The notes under the pieces were generated by a model that worked only from the letters and a program-made list of their open reading frames with translations, searched no databases and was not told the origin of the DNA. A stretch of DNA of 57,927 nucleotides from positions 1-57,927 of the IMG/VR virus record IMGVR_UViG_3300036773_000056, one strand, 5' to 3'. Numbering within the stretch: position 1 is the stretch's first letter; every line of letters begins with the position of its first letter. Positions 28,855-39,523 of this stretch are shown one piece after another. This stretch comes from a virus (taxonomy: Duplodnaviria; Caudoviricetes). The position numbers and the translations under genes are program-made.

Positions 28855-28881
28855 CCGGCCGCTTCTCGGGGGGTGGTCGCC

Positions 28882-29259
28882 ATGCCCCGCACCACCGTAC
28901 GGAAGTACTGCCGTCTCGACTCGTCCGTGGACCTGGCCAGCGTGCGGGAGGTGGCCGGCGCGATCGCCGGTCTCATCGACGCGACCGAGCTCCTGCTCGG
29001 AGAGTCCCGCAAGCGTGTCCCCATCGAAGAGGGCACGCTCGAACGCTCCGGGCAGGCCAGCGTGGACGAGGGCTCACTCGTGGGGGCCGTGTCGTACGGC
29101 ACCCCGTACGGCGTCTACCAGCACGAACGCCTTGACCTGCGGCACGACCAGGGCCGCACCGCGAAGTACCTGGAAGGGCCCGCCGTCGAGCAGGCGCCGG
29201 TCATGGCGGCGCTCATGCGGGCGGCGCTGCGCCGCGCGCTGGAAGGCGGCCCGGGGTGA
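28882..29259 (+). CDS. HK97 gp10-like neck protein
   Basis: VPIEEGTLERS...YGTPYGVYQHE....GRTAKYLE. Confidence 0.8.
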   Translation: MPRTTVRKYCRLDSSVDLASVREVAGAIAGLIDATELLLGESRKRVPIEEGTLERSGQASVDEGSLVGAVSYGTPYGVYQHERLDLRHDQGRTAKYLEGPAVEQAPVMAALMRAALRRALEGGPG

Positions 29260-29711
29260 CCGCGCCCGCGCCGGGGTGGCTGGACGGCATCGCCCGCTAC
29301 CTCGCCGCGCAGGTCGCCGGACTGGCCTATCGGACGGACGGCACCCCGTACGGCGTCGACGAGACCGGGATCTCCCTGTGGGCGATCCCGGCCTCCCCCG
29401 ACACGTGCATGGTCCTCACCCCGTACGGCGGGCCCGCCCCCGACACGAAGCTCGGCTACAACACGCCGCGGCTACAGGCCCGGTTCCGTGGCCCGCCGGG
29501 CGACCCGGACACCCCCGCGCAGCTCGACGTCGACGTGTTCGACGTCTTGCAGGGGCTCGGCCCGGTCACCCTGCCCGGCGGCGTACGGCTCATCTCGTGC
29601 GAGGCGCTACAGGCCGACCCCGGCTATCTGGGCCAGGACGGCAACCGGCGCCACGAACTCACCCGGAATTACCAGCTAGAACACCGCGCCATCACGGCGC
29701 ACCGTCAATAG
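29256..29711 (+). CDS. Tail terminator / minor capsid-3-like protein
   Basis: LQARFRG...LGQDGNRRHE..RNY. Confidence 0.75.
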   Translation: MTAPAPGWLDGIARYLAAQVAGLAYRTDGTPYGVDETGISLWAIPASPDTCMVLTPYGGPAPDTKLGYNTPRLQARFRGPPGDPDTPAQLDVDVFDVLQGLGPVTLPGGVRLISCEALQADPGYLGQDGNRRHELTRNYQLEHRAITAHRQ

Positions 29712-29723
29712 GAGGTACCCGCC

Positions 29724-30185
29724 GTGGCGGTGGAGAAGTACAACGCGAGGGACTGCACGTTCCAGATCAGCGATGGCGCCCCGACGACCCCCGCGTGGGT
29801 GGAGATCGGCGGCCTGACGAAGTTCGCTCCCAAGCGGGGCGAGAACGAGGAGACGGCCGATACCACGACTTTCGCGTCTGGCGGCCAGTACGAGCAGGAG
29901 GTCATGCAGAGGGGCTCCTCGTTGGACATCGAGGGTTTCCGTCTGCTCGACCCGACGACCGGCACCGGTGACCCGGGGCAGGCACTCGTTGAGGCCCTGG
30001 CCGCGCAGGTCGGGAACGCGAGCCTCGGGCAGATCCGGTTCAAGGCACCCGGTGACACGAACTGGGAGATGTGGACCTGCACCGCCTCGATCGGGGACGA
30101 GGGCGGCGAGAACAACGACAAGTCCGCGTGGGCGGCGACGTTCACCCGCTCCGGCGCGGCGGACTCCGCGGCGGTGACGCCGTGA
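29724..30185 (+). CDS. Tail tube (major tail) protein
   Basis: NARD..FQI; DTTTF; DPGQALVE; AW.ATFTRSG. Confidence 0.8.
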   Translation: MAVEKYNARDCTFQISDGAPTTPAWVEIGGLTKFAPKRGENEETADTTTFASGGQYEQEVMQRGSSLDIEGFRLLDPTTGTGDPGQALVEALAAQVGNASLGQIRFKAPGDTNWEMWTCTASIGDEGGENNDKSAWAATFTRSGAADSAAVTP

Positions 30186-30667
30186 CCGCGGACAGCCCCC
30201 GCGACCTCGACGACGACGAGGTGTACGACGACGACCCGTACGAGGACGACGCCGACGATCAGGAGGACGAGGGCGACGCGTACGACTTCGACGCGTGGCG
30301 CGCCTCGGAGGCGGCACGGCGGGCGGCCGAGGACCGGCCCCGCACCGTCCGCCTGTTCGGGCGCAGCGTGCCCGTACCCACGTCTGTGCCCCTCGGCGTC
30401 GCGATGCACGGCGGGAAGTCCGCGGACGATGACAAGGCCGTACGCGCCTCCGTGGCGGCCCTGTACGGCGCCGACGCCCTCACCCACTGGGCGGAGAACG
30501 GCGCCACCCTCGACGACCTACAGGTGCTGTTGGCGTGGGGGATGGCCGTCGCCGCCGGGCGCGAGGTGTCATTCGAGCGCGCGGTCGAGCTGCTCGCCGA
30601 GGCCAAGGAGAAGGAAGCGGCGGGAAAAGCTCGAGCGCGGCCGAAGACCCGCCGGCGTGGCAGGTAG
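30182..30667 (+). CDS. Tail assembly chaperone (gpG-like)
   Basis: DFDAW; position; slippery site near the 3' end. Confidence 0.8.
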   Translation: MTADSPRDLDDDEVYDDDPYEDDADDQEDEGDAYDFDAWRASEAARRAAEDRPRTVRLFGRSVPVPTSVPLGVAMHGGKSADDDKAVRASVAALYGADALTHWAENGATLDDLQVLLAWGMAVAAGREVSFERAVELLAEAKEKEAAGKARARPKTRRRGR

Positions 30668-30873
30668 CCCGCAGGCACTGGGGGCTGGTCGTCGCGGACT
30701 TCCGCCGCGAGTACGGCATCACGGCCCGGGAGCTGTTCATGCTGGACGTGAACGAGTTCATGGCGCTACTCGGCGGTCTGTCCGCCGAGTCGCGATTCGC
30801 GCAGGCGTACGAGCACGCCGAGGTCGTCGTTGACGACCCCGGGCAGGTGGCCCGCGCCCTGCACTCCTCCTGA
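30622..30873 (+). other. Programmed -1 frameshift G GGA AAA giving the gpGT extension to 30873
   Basis: X XXY YYZ in the correct frame; -1 ORF W.LVVADFRREYGI...LLGGLSAESRF. Confidence 0.85.
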
Positions 30874-30954
30874 ACCACCCGGTGGGCGCCGCCGCGACTG
30901 GCGGCGGCACCCACTAACAACTGCATAGCGGGCCGCGCGGCCCACCCGAGGGGG

Positions 30955-33924
30955 GTGGCCGCCGTGTCGCTGAAGATCGCCGATCTCGTTGCGTACATCA
31001 CCGCTGATGACAAGGGATTCAAGACCGGCATGTCCGACGCTGAGGCGCGGATGCGGGGGTTCCAGCGCGACACGGACGGGCGTCTCCGCGACATGCGCGG
31101 CCGGTTCGTCAAGGAAGGCAAGGCCGCAGGTCAGGGCTTCACCGCGGGACTCGGGCCGGTCATGCCTGCGCTCGCCCACTTCCGGGTGCTGGTCACCGGC
31201 GGATCCGCCGCGATGTCCGTCATGGCGAAGACGGCGAAGGTCACGGCCATCACGCTCGGCATTCTCGGCGTCGCCGGCGCCGCCGCAGCGGGCGGCCTCG
31301 GCGTCGCGATGGCCGGCGTGTCCCTGGCAATCGCGGGCGTCGGCATCATCGCCGCGGCCACGTCGAAGCAGGTCAAGAACGCGTTTTCGTCGCTCGGCAA
31401 GGACCTGAAATCGCAGCTCCAGGCCGCGGCGGCACCGTTCCAGCCCGTGCTGCTGCACATCGCACAGCAGGTCCGCGGCCTGTTCGCCACCCTCAAGCCC
31501 GCCATCGCGCAGAGCTTCCAGACCCTCGCCCCGGTGGTCGGCGGGTTCGCCACGCAGCTCATCGGCGCGCTGCGCCCCTTCCTGCAATCGCTCATGGGGA
31601 TCGGGCAGGCCATGGGCCCGTTGGTGACCGAGCTCGGGTCGGCGCTCGGGCCCCTGCTCATGGGCATCGCCCACATGCTGGAACCCATCGTGGGCGCGTT
31701 CTTGCAGGTCCACGGCGCCGTCTTCGCGCTGATCGCGGGCGTTGGGCAGTTGGTGGCCGCGCTCGGGCCGCTCCTCGCCGGCCTCGTACGGCTCGGCGCC
31801 CCGATCATCGGGCCCCTGCTCGGCCTCCTGACGCAGGTCGTCAAGACCCTGACGGCGGGCCTCGGCCCGGCGTTTACGCAGCTCGGCCCGATCATCGCCG
31901 ACATCCTCGGGTTCTTCACCCGCGCAGTCGCCGGGCTACAGCCCGCCATCGCCGCGTTCGGGCACCTCGCGGTCGTGCTCGGCACGGCGTTCGGGAACGC
32001 GCTCGCGGTGGTGCTGCCCGTCCTGGTCCAGGTGATCAACGCTCTCGCCGGGCCGCTCGCGCAGGTGCTCGGCATCGCCGGGACCGCGTTCGCGCAGCTC
32101 ATGACCGCGATCGCTCCCCTGCTGCCCCCGATCGCGCAGCTCGTGGCGCAGGTCGTCGGCGCGCTGGTCCCCGCGATCCGGCCGCTCATCCCGATCGTGG
32201 CGCAGCTCGCCGGCACCCTCGGCGGGATCCTGGTCGCGGCGCTGCGGATCATCGTCACCGCGATAACGCCGCTGCTGCCCGTCTTCTCGCAGCTCGTGGC
32301 AACGATCGGCACGGCGCTGCTGACCGCGATACGGCAGGTAGCGCCGTCGCTGCTGTCTATCGTGACCGCGTTCGCCGGCCTCATCCCGGTGATCACTCCC
32401 CTGATTCCGCCGCTCGGGCAGATCGTGTCCGCGCTGCTGCCCGTCCTGGTCGCCCTGATCCGGTCGATGGCGCCCACGATCGTGCAGCTCGTTGGCCTCT
32501 TCGGGCAGTTGCTCACGTCGCTGGTGCCGCTCATGCCGGCGATCGCACAGTTGATCACGGCGATTGCGCCGCTGCTCGTCATGGTGGTGCAGGCACAGAC
32601 CCGGTTCGCCGCACTGATCATGAAGGCGATCGTGCCCCTGATCACGGCGTTCATCAGGTTCCAGACCACGATCATGGGTGGGGTCGCGATCGCGATCCGG
32701 TGGGTCGCGGCGCACGTCGCGCCCGCGTTCCAGTCGGCGAAGCGCGGCGTGCAGAACGCGGTCAACGGCGTCATCTCGGTGGTCGGCTGGTTCGGGTCGC
32801 TGCCGGGGAAGATGTCCGCGTGGATCGGCCGTACGAAGGACGCGGCCGTGTCCCGGTTCAACGCCATGGTGTCGTGGGTGCGGGGACTCCCCGGGAAGAT
32901 CCTTTCCGGTCTCGGGCGGCTCGGGACGCTCCTGGTCAACGCTGGCCGTGACCTGATTCAGGGCCTCATCAACGGCGTGAAGGCCATGGCGTCGAGCATC
33001 GCGTCGACGGCGCGGAACGTGGTCGCCGGCGCGGTGTCGTCGGCGAAGAAGGCGCTGGGGATCCACTCCCCCAGCAAGGTGTTCAAGTCCATCGGCAAGT
33101 ACGTGGGCATCGGGTTCATCGACGGCATGACCGGCACACAGGCCGCGATCAAGTCGAAGTCCACGCAGCTCGCGAAGCTGGTCCGCGACTCGTTCAAGGG
33201 CGAGGCGGAAAAGTACCTGCTCAAACAGGTTGCGGCCACGAACAGCAAGCTGCAATCCCTGGCGAAGCAGCGCGACAGCATCGCGGCGAAGATCAAGACC
33301 GCAACCGACTTCGCCACGAGCACGACGCAGAACGCGCAGCAGTTCGCCGGCCTGACGAACCTCGGCACGATCAACGACGCGGGGGACATCAAGACGGGCC
33401 TCACACAGCGGCTGGGGCAGCTCAAAGGGTTCGCGGCCACCATCAAAAAGCTAGTCGGGATGGGCGTCTCCAAGAGCCTGCTGCAGCAGATCATCGCGGC
33501 CGGCCCCGACCAGGGCGGCGCCCTCGCCGACGCGCTCGTACACGCCGACAAGGCAACGTTCGCGACGATCAACCAGACACAGAAGCAGATCGACGCGACG
33601 GCCAAGGCCCTCGGCAACGCGTCCGCGGACGCCCTGTACGACTCGGGGAAGCACGCCGCGGACGGGTTCCTGACCGGCCTGAAAGCGTCCGAGAACGCGA
33701 TCGACGCGCAGATGCGGAAGGCCGCGCAGACGCTGGCGAACGCGATCAAGGCCGCGATCAAGCGGAACACCACCGTGAGCCTTCCCGCGAAGGGCAACGC
33801 GGCCGGGTCCGCGATCAAGGGCACCCTGTCGAACGGCGTGCACGTCGCGAACGTGAACGTCGTCAGCGCCGGTTCCACGTTCAGCACACGCCAGGTGGCG
33901 GCCGATCTGGCGTGGCACCTGTGA
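30955..33924 (+). CDS. Tape measure protein (989 aa)
   Basis: RLRDMRGRFV; amphipathic helical repeats; LGIHSPSKVF. Confidence 0.92.
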   Translation: MAAVSLKIADLVAYITADDKGFKTGMSDAEARMRGFQRDTDGRLRDMRGRFVKEGKAAGQGFTAGLGPVMPALAHFRVLVTGGSAAMSVMAKTAKVTAITLGILGVAGAAAAGGLGVAMAGVSLAIAGVGIIAAATSKQVKNAFSSLGKDLKSQLQAAAAPFQPVLLHIAQQVRGLFATLKPAIAQSFQTLAPVVGGFATQLIGALRPFLQSLMGIGQAMGPLVTELGSALGPLLMGIAHMLEPIVGAFLQVHGAVFALIAGVGQLVAALGPLLAGLVRLGAPIIGPLLGLLTQVVKTLTAGLGPAFTQLGPIIADILGFFTRAVAGLQPAIAAFGHLAVVLGTAFGNALAVVLPVLVQVINALAGPLAQVLGIAGTAFAQLMTAIAPLLPPIAQLVAQVVGALVPAIRPLIPIVAQLAGTLGGILVAALRIIVTAITPLLPVFSQLVATIGTALLTAIRQVAPSLLSIVTAFAGLIPVITPLIPPLGQIVSALLPVLVALIRSMAPTIVQLVGLFGQLLTSLVPLMPAIAQLITAIAPLLVMVVQAQTRFAALIMKAIVPLITAFIRFQTTIMGGVAIAIRWVAAHVAPAFQSAKRGVQNAVNGVISVVGWFGSLPGKMSAWIGRTKDAAVSRFNAMVSWVRGLPGKILSGLGRLGTLLVNAGRDLIQGLINGVKAMASSIASTARNVVAGAVSSAKKALGIHSPSKVFKSIGKYVGIGFIDGMTGTQAAIKSKSTQLAKLVRDSFKGEAEKYLLKQVAATNSKLQSLAKQRDSIAAKIKTATDFATSTTQNAQQFAGLTNLGTINDAGDIKTGLTQRLGQLKGFAATIKKLVGMGVSKSLLQQIIAAGPDQGGALADALVHADKATFATINQTQKQIDATAKALGNASADALYDSGKHAADGFLTGLKASENAIDAQMRKAAQTLANAIKAAIKRNTTVSLPAKGNAAGSAIKGTLSNGVHVANVNVVSAGSTFSTRQVAADLAWHL

Positions 33925-33951
33925 CCGGCCAGCGCGGGCGGGGGTGGTGAC

Positions 33952-34878
33952 GTGGGAATCCCCGCCGTACCGCCCCCGCCCGCGCCGCCCACCATCCCCG
34001 CGCCGCTCACCGGCGACCCGGTGCTCGACGGGGAAGCGTCGGTGCGGGGGCTGGTCATGTCCCCGTACGCGGCGCGCGGCCCCGTGCGGCTCCTCAGGTT
34101 CAACCCGTACGGCGTGCGCGCCGTACGGGAGACCGACGAGGACAAGCCGGGGATGCACGGCTCCTACACCGGCCCCGACTACCTGCCGTCCCTGCAAATC
34201 CCCATGTCGCTGCGGGTATCCGTGGGGAGCATGGCGGGCGCCGTCGCGCTGCTCACGCAGGTGGTCGACGCGTTCGCGCCGCTCGCCGGCGCGGATGACG
34301 AGACAACGCCGCTGCTGTGGCGCATGGACGGCCGCCTGTGGCTGCGGTGGGTCAAGCCGCGGCTCCTCGACCCGGACACGTCGCGCATCGGCGCGGGCGC
34401 GTGGACGGCCGACGGGGGCGTGACCGCGCCGGATCCCCTGTACTACCTGGCCGAGCCCGTCAACGCCCCCACGCTGTCCCTGGCGGCCCCGGACGGGGTA
34501 CCGGTGCCGCTCGACGTCCCGGTCGTGCTGCCGCCCCGTACGGGCATCGACACAGCCACCATCACCAACGAAGGCACCCAACCCGCCCCGCTCCTGCTGA
34601 CGCTGCGCGGGCCGGGCCGCGGGCTCGGCGCCCAGATCGACGGCACGGCCATCTGGTGGGACCTCGAACTCGCAGACGGCGACGTGCTGCTCGTGGACAC
34701 GGACGCCGGTACGGCGCTGCTCAACGGCAGCGCCTACCGCGCCCCCGCCCCCGGCTCGGCCGTCACGAGCCTGTTCCGACTGCCGCGCGGGGCGCACACG
34801 CTGCGGATGCTCGGCACCCCCACCACCACCGCGAGGCCGCCGACGCTCGACGTGCAGTGGCGGCACACCTACCTGTAA
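33952..34878 (+). CDS. Distal tail (Dit-like) protein
   Basis: After the tape measure gene; APDPLYY, NEGT.PA motifs. Confidence 0.75.
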   Translation: MGIPAVPPPPAPPTIPAPLTGDPVLDGEASVRGLVMSPYAARGPVRLLRFNPYGVRAVRETDEDKPGMHGSYTGPDYLPSLQIPMSLRVSVGSMAGAVALLTQVVDAFAPLAGADDETTPLLWRMDGRLWLRWVKPRLLDPDTSRIGAGAWTADGGVTAPDPLYYLAEPVNAPTLSLAAPDGVPVPLDVPVVLPPRTGIDTATITNEGTQPAPLLLTLRGPGRGLGAQIDGTAIWWDLELADGDVLLVDTDAGTALLNGSAYRAPAPGSAVTSLFRLPRGAHTLRMLGTPTTTARPPTLDVQWRHTYL

Positions 34879-34890
34879 GGGGGCCTCACC

Positions 34891-35808
34891 ATGGCAAACA
34901 CGGTCACAGCGGCCCCGCCGGTCTTCGCGGACGGGTTCACGTACGCGGGCGCGGTGCTGCGCCGGCACCTCCTCGGCGCGGTGTTCCCGTCCGCCGGGCG
35001 GGTGCGCGGCACCGACCCGGGGGCGCTCCCCACCCCGGACATGCGGGTACGGCTCCCCGCGGGCCTGTACCTGGTCGACGACGGGCAAGGCGGCTACTAC
35101 CCGGTCGAGTGCGAGACGCAAACGGACCTGGACATTGCGGCGTCCTCGGCGACGTTCAGCCGTAAGGACCTGCTAATCGCCGAGGTCGTCGACAACGGCA
35201 CCGCGGACACGACCCTGTACCGGTTCCGGATCCTGACCGGCACCCCCGCAGGCTCGCCGTCCGCGCCGGCGCTTCCGCCCACCGACCAGCCGACCGGCCG
35301 CGCGCTCGCCGTCTTGGAGATCACGGTCCGCCCCAACGCCGAGAGCAACGGCAAGATCCGCGCGGAGGACTGCAAGGTGGTGGCGCCGTGGGCGGCCACC
35401 ACACCGCGGCCCGTACGGTCCCGGCAGATCGCCGACGCCGGCAACACGGACTTCGGTGTCGCGTCCACCTGGTCGGACTTCTCCGCCGCGAAGTGGCCGG
35501 CCATCACGTTCGTCGCGCCCCGCTCCGGCCAGGTGTGGATCACGGTCTCGGCGAACGTGGACCAGCTCAACACCACGTCCGCGTCAGCGTGGGCGGGGTG
35601 GAGGATCTCCGGCACCGGCGTCTCCTACGACGCGACCGACCGGCAAGGCGTCTCGGCGAAGGCGGGCCGTACGTACGCGTCGAAGCGCGTCCTGGTCGAC
35701 GTCCCGCCCGGCGTGACCGTGACCGTCACCCCGCAGTGGTGGGTTTCGAGCTCGGGCGCCACGACCACCATCACGGATGGTGAGCTGGACGTCGAGCCCG
35801 TCGCATGA
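34891..35808 (+). CDS. Minor tail protein
   Basis: RKDLLIAEV.D...GTPAGSPSAPALP. Confidence 0.75.
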   Translation: MANTVTAAPPVFADGFTYAGAVLRRHLLGAVFPSAGRVRGTDPGALPTPDMRVRLPAGLYLVDDGQGGYYPVECETQTDLDIAASSATFSRKDLLIAEVVDNGTADTTLYRFRILTGTPAGSPSAPALPPTDQPTGRALAVLEITVRPNAESNGKIRAEDCKVVAPWAATTPRPVRSRQIADAGNTDFGVASTWSDFSAAKWPAITFVAPRSGQVWITVSANVDQLNTTSASAWAGWRISGTGVSYDATDRQGVSAKAGRTYASKRVLVDVPPGVTVTVTPQWWVSSSGATTTITDGELDVEPVA

Positions 35809-36929
35809 CGACGTACCGGTACCCCACGTACGACCTCCTGTCCGGCGCCGAGGTCGCCGAGCACCTGCCGCTGACGGTGGAGGACTTCACGCGGTCACTG
35901 TCCGAGGCGGGCGGCATCTCCGCGTCCCTGCCCATGCGCGACCCTAAGGTGCGGCAGCTCAACCCGCGCGGCGCCACCACCCCGCGCCGCACCCTCCTGC
36001 GCGCGCTCCGGGATGACGTGCCGGTGTGGGAAGGGATCATCTGGACGCGCCGGTACACCGCGAGCGACGGCAAGCTCGTGCTCGGCGCGACCGAGATCCG
36101 CGACTACTTCTCCCACCGCATCCTGCGGGCCCTCGACCCGGCCACGCCCCGCACGCTGACGTTCGAGCAGGTCGACCAGCTCGCCGTGTTCCGCGCGCTC
36201 ATCGCCGACATGCAGGCCGTGCAGTTCGGCGGCCTCATGCCCGGGAACCTCGCCATCGAGCTCGGCGCCGAGACGTCCGGGGTGCTGATCGACCGCAAGG
36301 ACACGATCGACGACAAGCAGGCGTACCACGGCTACGAAATGCGCCCGTACGCCGATCTCCTCGACGAACTCGCCAACGCCGACGACGGTTTCGAATGGCG
36401 CATCGACCCGTACGAGGGCCCGAACCGTGAACCCCGGCGGCGGCTTGTGCTCGGGTATCCGCGGCTCGGCCGCGACCCCGGCCCGGACTGCACCACGCTG
36501 GAGTACCCGGGCGCCGTCACCGACTACAGCTACGACGAGGACGGCACGAACAGCGCTGACGTGCTCGTGGCGCTCGGCGCGGGCGAAGAGCAGGCCATGC
36601 GCTGGTCGGCCGCGACCGACGTCGACGCGCTCGTAGGCGGGTGGCCGCTCCTCGAAACCACCACGGACCACAAGTCCATCAGCGTGCAGGCCGACTTGGA
36701 TCGGCTCGCCGCGGGGGACCTGGCCACCGTGAGCGGCGACGTCGTGATCACGTCCCTGACCGTACGCGGCCGCCCGGATGTTGAGCCGGGGGACTGGGTC
36801 CGCACCCGCATCTTCGACCGGGCCCTGTCCGATGAGGTCGTGGACCGGTACGTGCGTGCCCTGTCCGTGAAGACGGCGCCGGGCCCGCCGGAGCGGACCA
36901 CGATCGCCGTCGAGGACGCGAGGGGGTGA
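35805..36929 (+). CDS. Baseplate hub / Gp37-like minor tail protein
   Basis: PVWEGIIW; DGFEWRI; LGYPRLGR. Confidence 0.75.
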   Translation: MTTYRYPTYDLLSGAEVAEHLPLTVEDFTRSLSEAGGISASLPMRDPKVRQLNPRGATTPRRTLLRALRDDVPVWEGIIWTRRYTASDGKLVLGATEIRDYFSHRILRALDPATPRTLTFEQVDQLAVFRALIADMQAVQFGGLMPGNLAIELGAETSGVLIDRKDTIDDKQAYHGYEMRPYADLLDELANADDGFEWRIDPYEGPNREPRRRLVLGYPRLGRDPGPDCTTLEYPGAVTDYSYDEDGTNSADVLVALGAGEEQAMRWSAATDVDALVGGWPLLETTTDHKSISVQADLDRLAAGDLATVSGDVVITSLTVRGRPDVEPGDWVRTRIFDRALSDEVVDRYVRALSVKTAPGPPERTTIAVEDARG

Positions 36930-36930
36930 C

Positions 36931-37611
36931 GTGGGTAACCAGAACGTGCCCCGCGACGAGAACACGCTCAAACGCCGTCTGGCCGCGCTGGAGAAGGCCG
37001 TGCAGCGGCTACAGACCACCCCCCGCGCAGGCAAGACGTCGATCAGCGGCGGCCGGTTCGAGATCCTCGACGGCGGCACCCTCGCCGTCGTCGACGCCGC
37101 CGGGCACACGCTCCTCACCGCGGGCATCGTCACCGCGGGCGGCGCCGTGGGGATCGCCCTGCGCGACACCGCCGGCAACCTGCTGCTGTCCACGGACTGG
37201 GGGAGCGGCGATGGTACCGGCCTCGGCTGGCCCGCCATCCCCTACACCCCCACCGACTTCGACACGTTCAAGCAGGTCAACGGCACCGATTGGGCGTCGG
37301 TGATGGGTGCTCAGGCACCCCGGCAGCACAACCAGATCCGGACGTCCGCGTACGCGTACTGCGACGCCGGCACCACCGGCGACCTGAGGATCGAGGCGAC
37401 CGCGGACGGCGGCGCCACCTGGTCAGTGGTCGGCGGCCCGTGGCCCGTGACCGCCACCGGCACGACGCTGATCGAGACGTGCCCCCTGCCCGCGGGCGCG
37501 TGGGGCTCCCTGTCCGGCATGGCCCTGGAAGCGCGCCGTACGGGCGGCACCGGGAACGTCTACATTCAGCCGTACTCCGTGGTCGGCGTGCCCTCAGCGG
37601 GCACCCTGTGA
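36931..37611 (+). CDS. Minor tail protein
   Basis: N-terminal coiled coil LKRRLAALEK. Confidence 0.7.
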   Translation: MGNQNVPRDENTLKRRLAALEKAVQRLQTTPRAGKTSISGGRFEILDGGTLAVVDAAGHTLLTAGIVTAGGAVGIALRDTAGNLLLSTDWGSGDGTGLGWPAIPYTPTDFDTFKQVNGTDWASVMGAQAPRQHNQIRTSAYAYCDAGTTGDLRIEATADGGATWSVVGGPWPVTATGTTLIETCPLPAGAWGSLSGMALEARRTGGTGNVYIQPYSVVGVPSAGTL

Positions 37612-37907
37612 TCGCCGCCGCCATCGAGGGCGCGGCCGGTGTGCTCGGCGTTCCCGCTTCCGTGCTCACGGTCGGCGGGCTCCTCGGCCTGGCCGTGCTG
37701 CTTGTCCTGACCGGCCGCCTCGTGCCGCGCCGGACCCTCGTCGACAAGATCGCCGAGGCGGAGCGGTGGCGCGAGGCGTACGAGCACGCGGAGGAGGCGC
37801 GCGCCGAGCAGGCCGAGCAGATCGGGGAACTCGTCGAGCTGGCGCGCACCACGCACGCGGCGATTGCTTCGCTGCCTCGGAGGCGATCCGATGACGTGGC
37901 GACGTAG
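37608..37907 (+). CDS. Lysis-cassette membrane protein
   Basis: Transmembrane segment, LTGRLVPRRT, coiled coil. Confidence 0.7.
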   Translation: MIAAAIEGAAGVLGVPASVLTVGGLLGLAVLLVLTGRLVPRRTLVDKIAEAERWREAYEHAEEARAEQAEQIGELVELARTTHAAIASLPRRRSDDVAT

Positions 37908-38088
37908 ACGCCGGCGCCCGGAGGGCCTGGTCGAGGCGGAGCAGGCCGTACAACACTCCGCGGAGCGGCTGAGGGAGACGCGCGCGGCGACCCCACCGAT
38001 ACGCGCGATCGCCGCCGAGCTGCGCGCCATGCGCGCCCGGAACCACTTTGCCGAACGCGTCAGGGCCGCGTTGGAGGGGGAGACGTGA
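37891..38088 (+). CDS. Small conserved lysis-region protein
   Basis: LR.MR.RNHFAERV. Confidence 0.7.
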   Translation: MTWRRRRRRPEGLVEAEQAVQHSAERLRETRAATPPIRAIAAELRAMRARNHFAERVRAALEGET

Positions 38089-38408
38089 ATGTCCTGATCA
38101 GCGCCCTGATATGGGCGTCGACGGTCGGCGCTTGGGTGTTCGTGCTCGGGTACGGCGTCCTCGCGCCGTGGTGGCGGTCCGACGTCGGTCGGCACCTGTG
38201 GACGTGGGGCCTCATGGTCGCGCTCTTGCTCACGATGATCGTGGTCACGCAGCTACTCGGCCGGGACTACGCCGGGCGGGAAGGTGTGCGCGTGGCCGCG
38301 TACAGCCTGCTTACGGTCATGATCTGGCGGCACGTCGCGCTCCTCGCCCGGCTACAGCTACGCCGCCGCACCCGCGGCCGGCACGACCAGACGGAAGGCG
38401 GCGGATGA
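38085..38408 (+). CDS. Putative holin (3 transmembrane segments)
   Basis: APWWRS.VGRHL; three hydrophobic segments; precedes the lysin. Confidence 0.7.
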   Translation: MNVLISALIWASTVGAWVFVLGYGVLAPWWRSDVGRHLWTWGLMVALLLTMIVVTQLLGRDYAGREGVRVAAYSLLTVMIWRHVALLARLQLRRRTRGRHDQTEGGG

Positions 38409-39448
38409 TGCTGCACGGTATCGACGTGTCGAACTGGCAAGGCTCCCTGAACTGGGGGAGCCTCAAGAGCAAGTACGGCCTGGCGTTCGGGATCACGAAG
38501 GTGTCCGAGGGCACGACCTACACCGACCCGTTCGGGCGCGGCAACCTCGCCGGCATGAAGGCGAACGGCCTGGTACGGGGTGTGTACCACTTCGCCCGCC
38601 CCGGGAACTCCGTGAATCAGGAGGCCGACCACTTCGTGTCCTGCGCGCGCGCGGCCGGATGGCAGCGCGGCGACCTCGTGGCGCTGGACATCGAGACCAA
38701 CGACGGCCGCACACCCGCGCAGGTGGCGTCCTGGTGCCTCGCCTGGTGCCGCCGCGTAGAGGCGGCCCTCGGCGTCCGCCCGATCGTGTACACGTTCCTG
38801 TCGTACGCGCGAGGCGGCTACTGCGCCGGGCTCGGCGCCTACCCGCTGTGGATCGCGGACCCGTCGGCCACGGCCGGTAAGCCGCGCGTACCCACGGGCC
38901 CGTGGTCGAAGTGGGCGTTCCACCAGTACAGCGACAGCCCGTACGACCTCGACCTTTTCAACGGCGACACGACCGCGCTGCGCGCGCTCGCGGTCGGCGC
39001 CGCAGCCCCCGACATCCAGGAGGACGACGACATGGGCACGCTCATGAACATCGACCGGTCTCCGGCCGCGAAGGTGATCCACTGCCCCGCGGGGGAGTGG
39101 ACGAACCTGCGGTTCGACCGGCAGTGGCAGCCCGCCGTGAAGGGCGACAAGCGCGGCGGTGACTGGGCCGTCATCCTCGGCAACGCCACGCACGCGTTCA
39201 ACCTCGCCGGCGACGCGATCGCACACCTGTCCGGGCAGGTGTCCGGGCAGCTCCGCACCGCGCAGTACGTCGCGGACCCGTACAAGCTGCACGAGGCCAA
39301 CCCCACCGTGTCGTTCTCCGGCTCCGCGCCGCAGCTCGCGGTACACGCCAGCGTCGCGAAGGGCTGCCACCGGTACGTGCAGATCCGCCCCGACGTCCCG
39401 GTCGACGTCCTGTACTGCGCGTTCATGGGGTTCTACCAGCAGCGATAA
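38405..39448 (+). CDS. Endolysin, GH25 muramidase
   Basis: GIDVSNWQG, KVSEG, GVYHFARP, ALDIET, FHQYS. Confidence 0.92.
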   Translation: MMLHGIDVSNWQGSLNWGSLKSKYGLAFGITKVSEGTTYTDPFGRGNLAGMKANGLVRGVYHFARPGNSVNQEADHFVSCARAAGWQRGDLVALDIETNDGRTPAQVASWCLAWCRRVEAALGVRPIVYTFLSYARGGYCAGLGAYPLWIADPSATAGKPRVPTGPWSKWAFHQYSDSPYDLDLFNGDTTALRALAVGAAAPDIQEDDDMGTLMNIDRSPAAKVIHCPAGEWTNLRFDRQWQPAVKGDKRGGDWAVILGNATHAFNLAGDAIAHLSGQVSGQLRTAQYVADPYKLHEANPTVSFSGSAPQLAVHASVAKGCHRYVQIRPDVPVDVLYCAFMGFYQQR

Positions 39449-39523
39449 CCCGCCGCAGGGACCCAATCCTCGAGGATTTCCCCCGCAAGGCGCGGGGGTT
39501 TTCGCATGTCAGGAGACCGTTAC

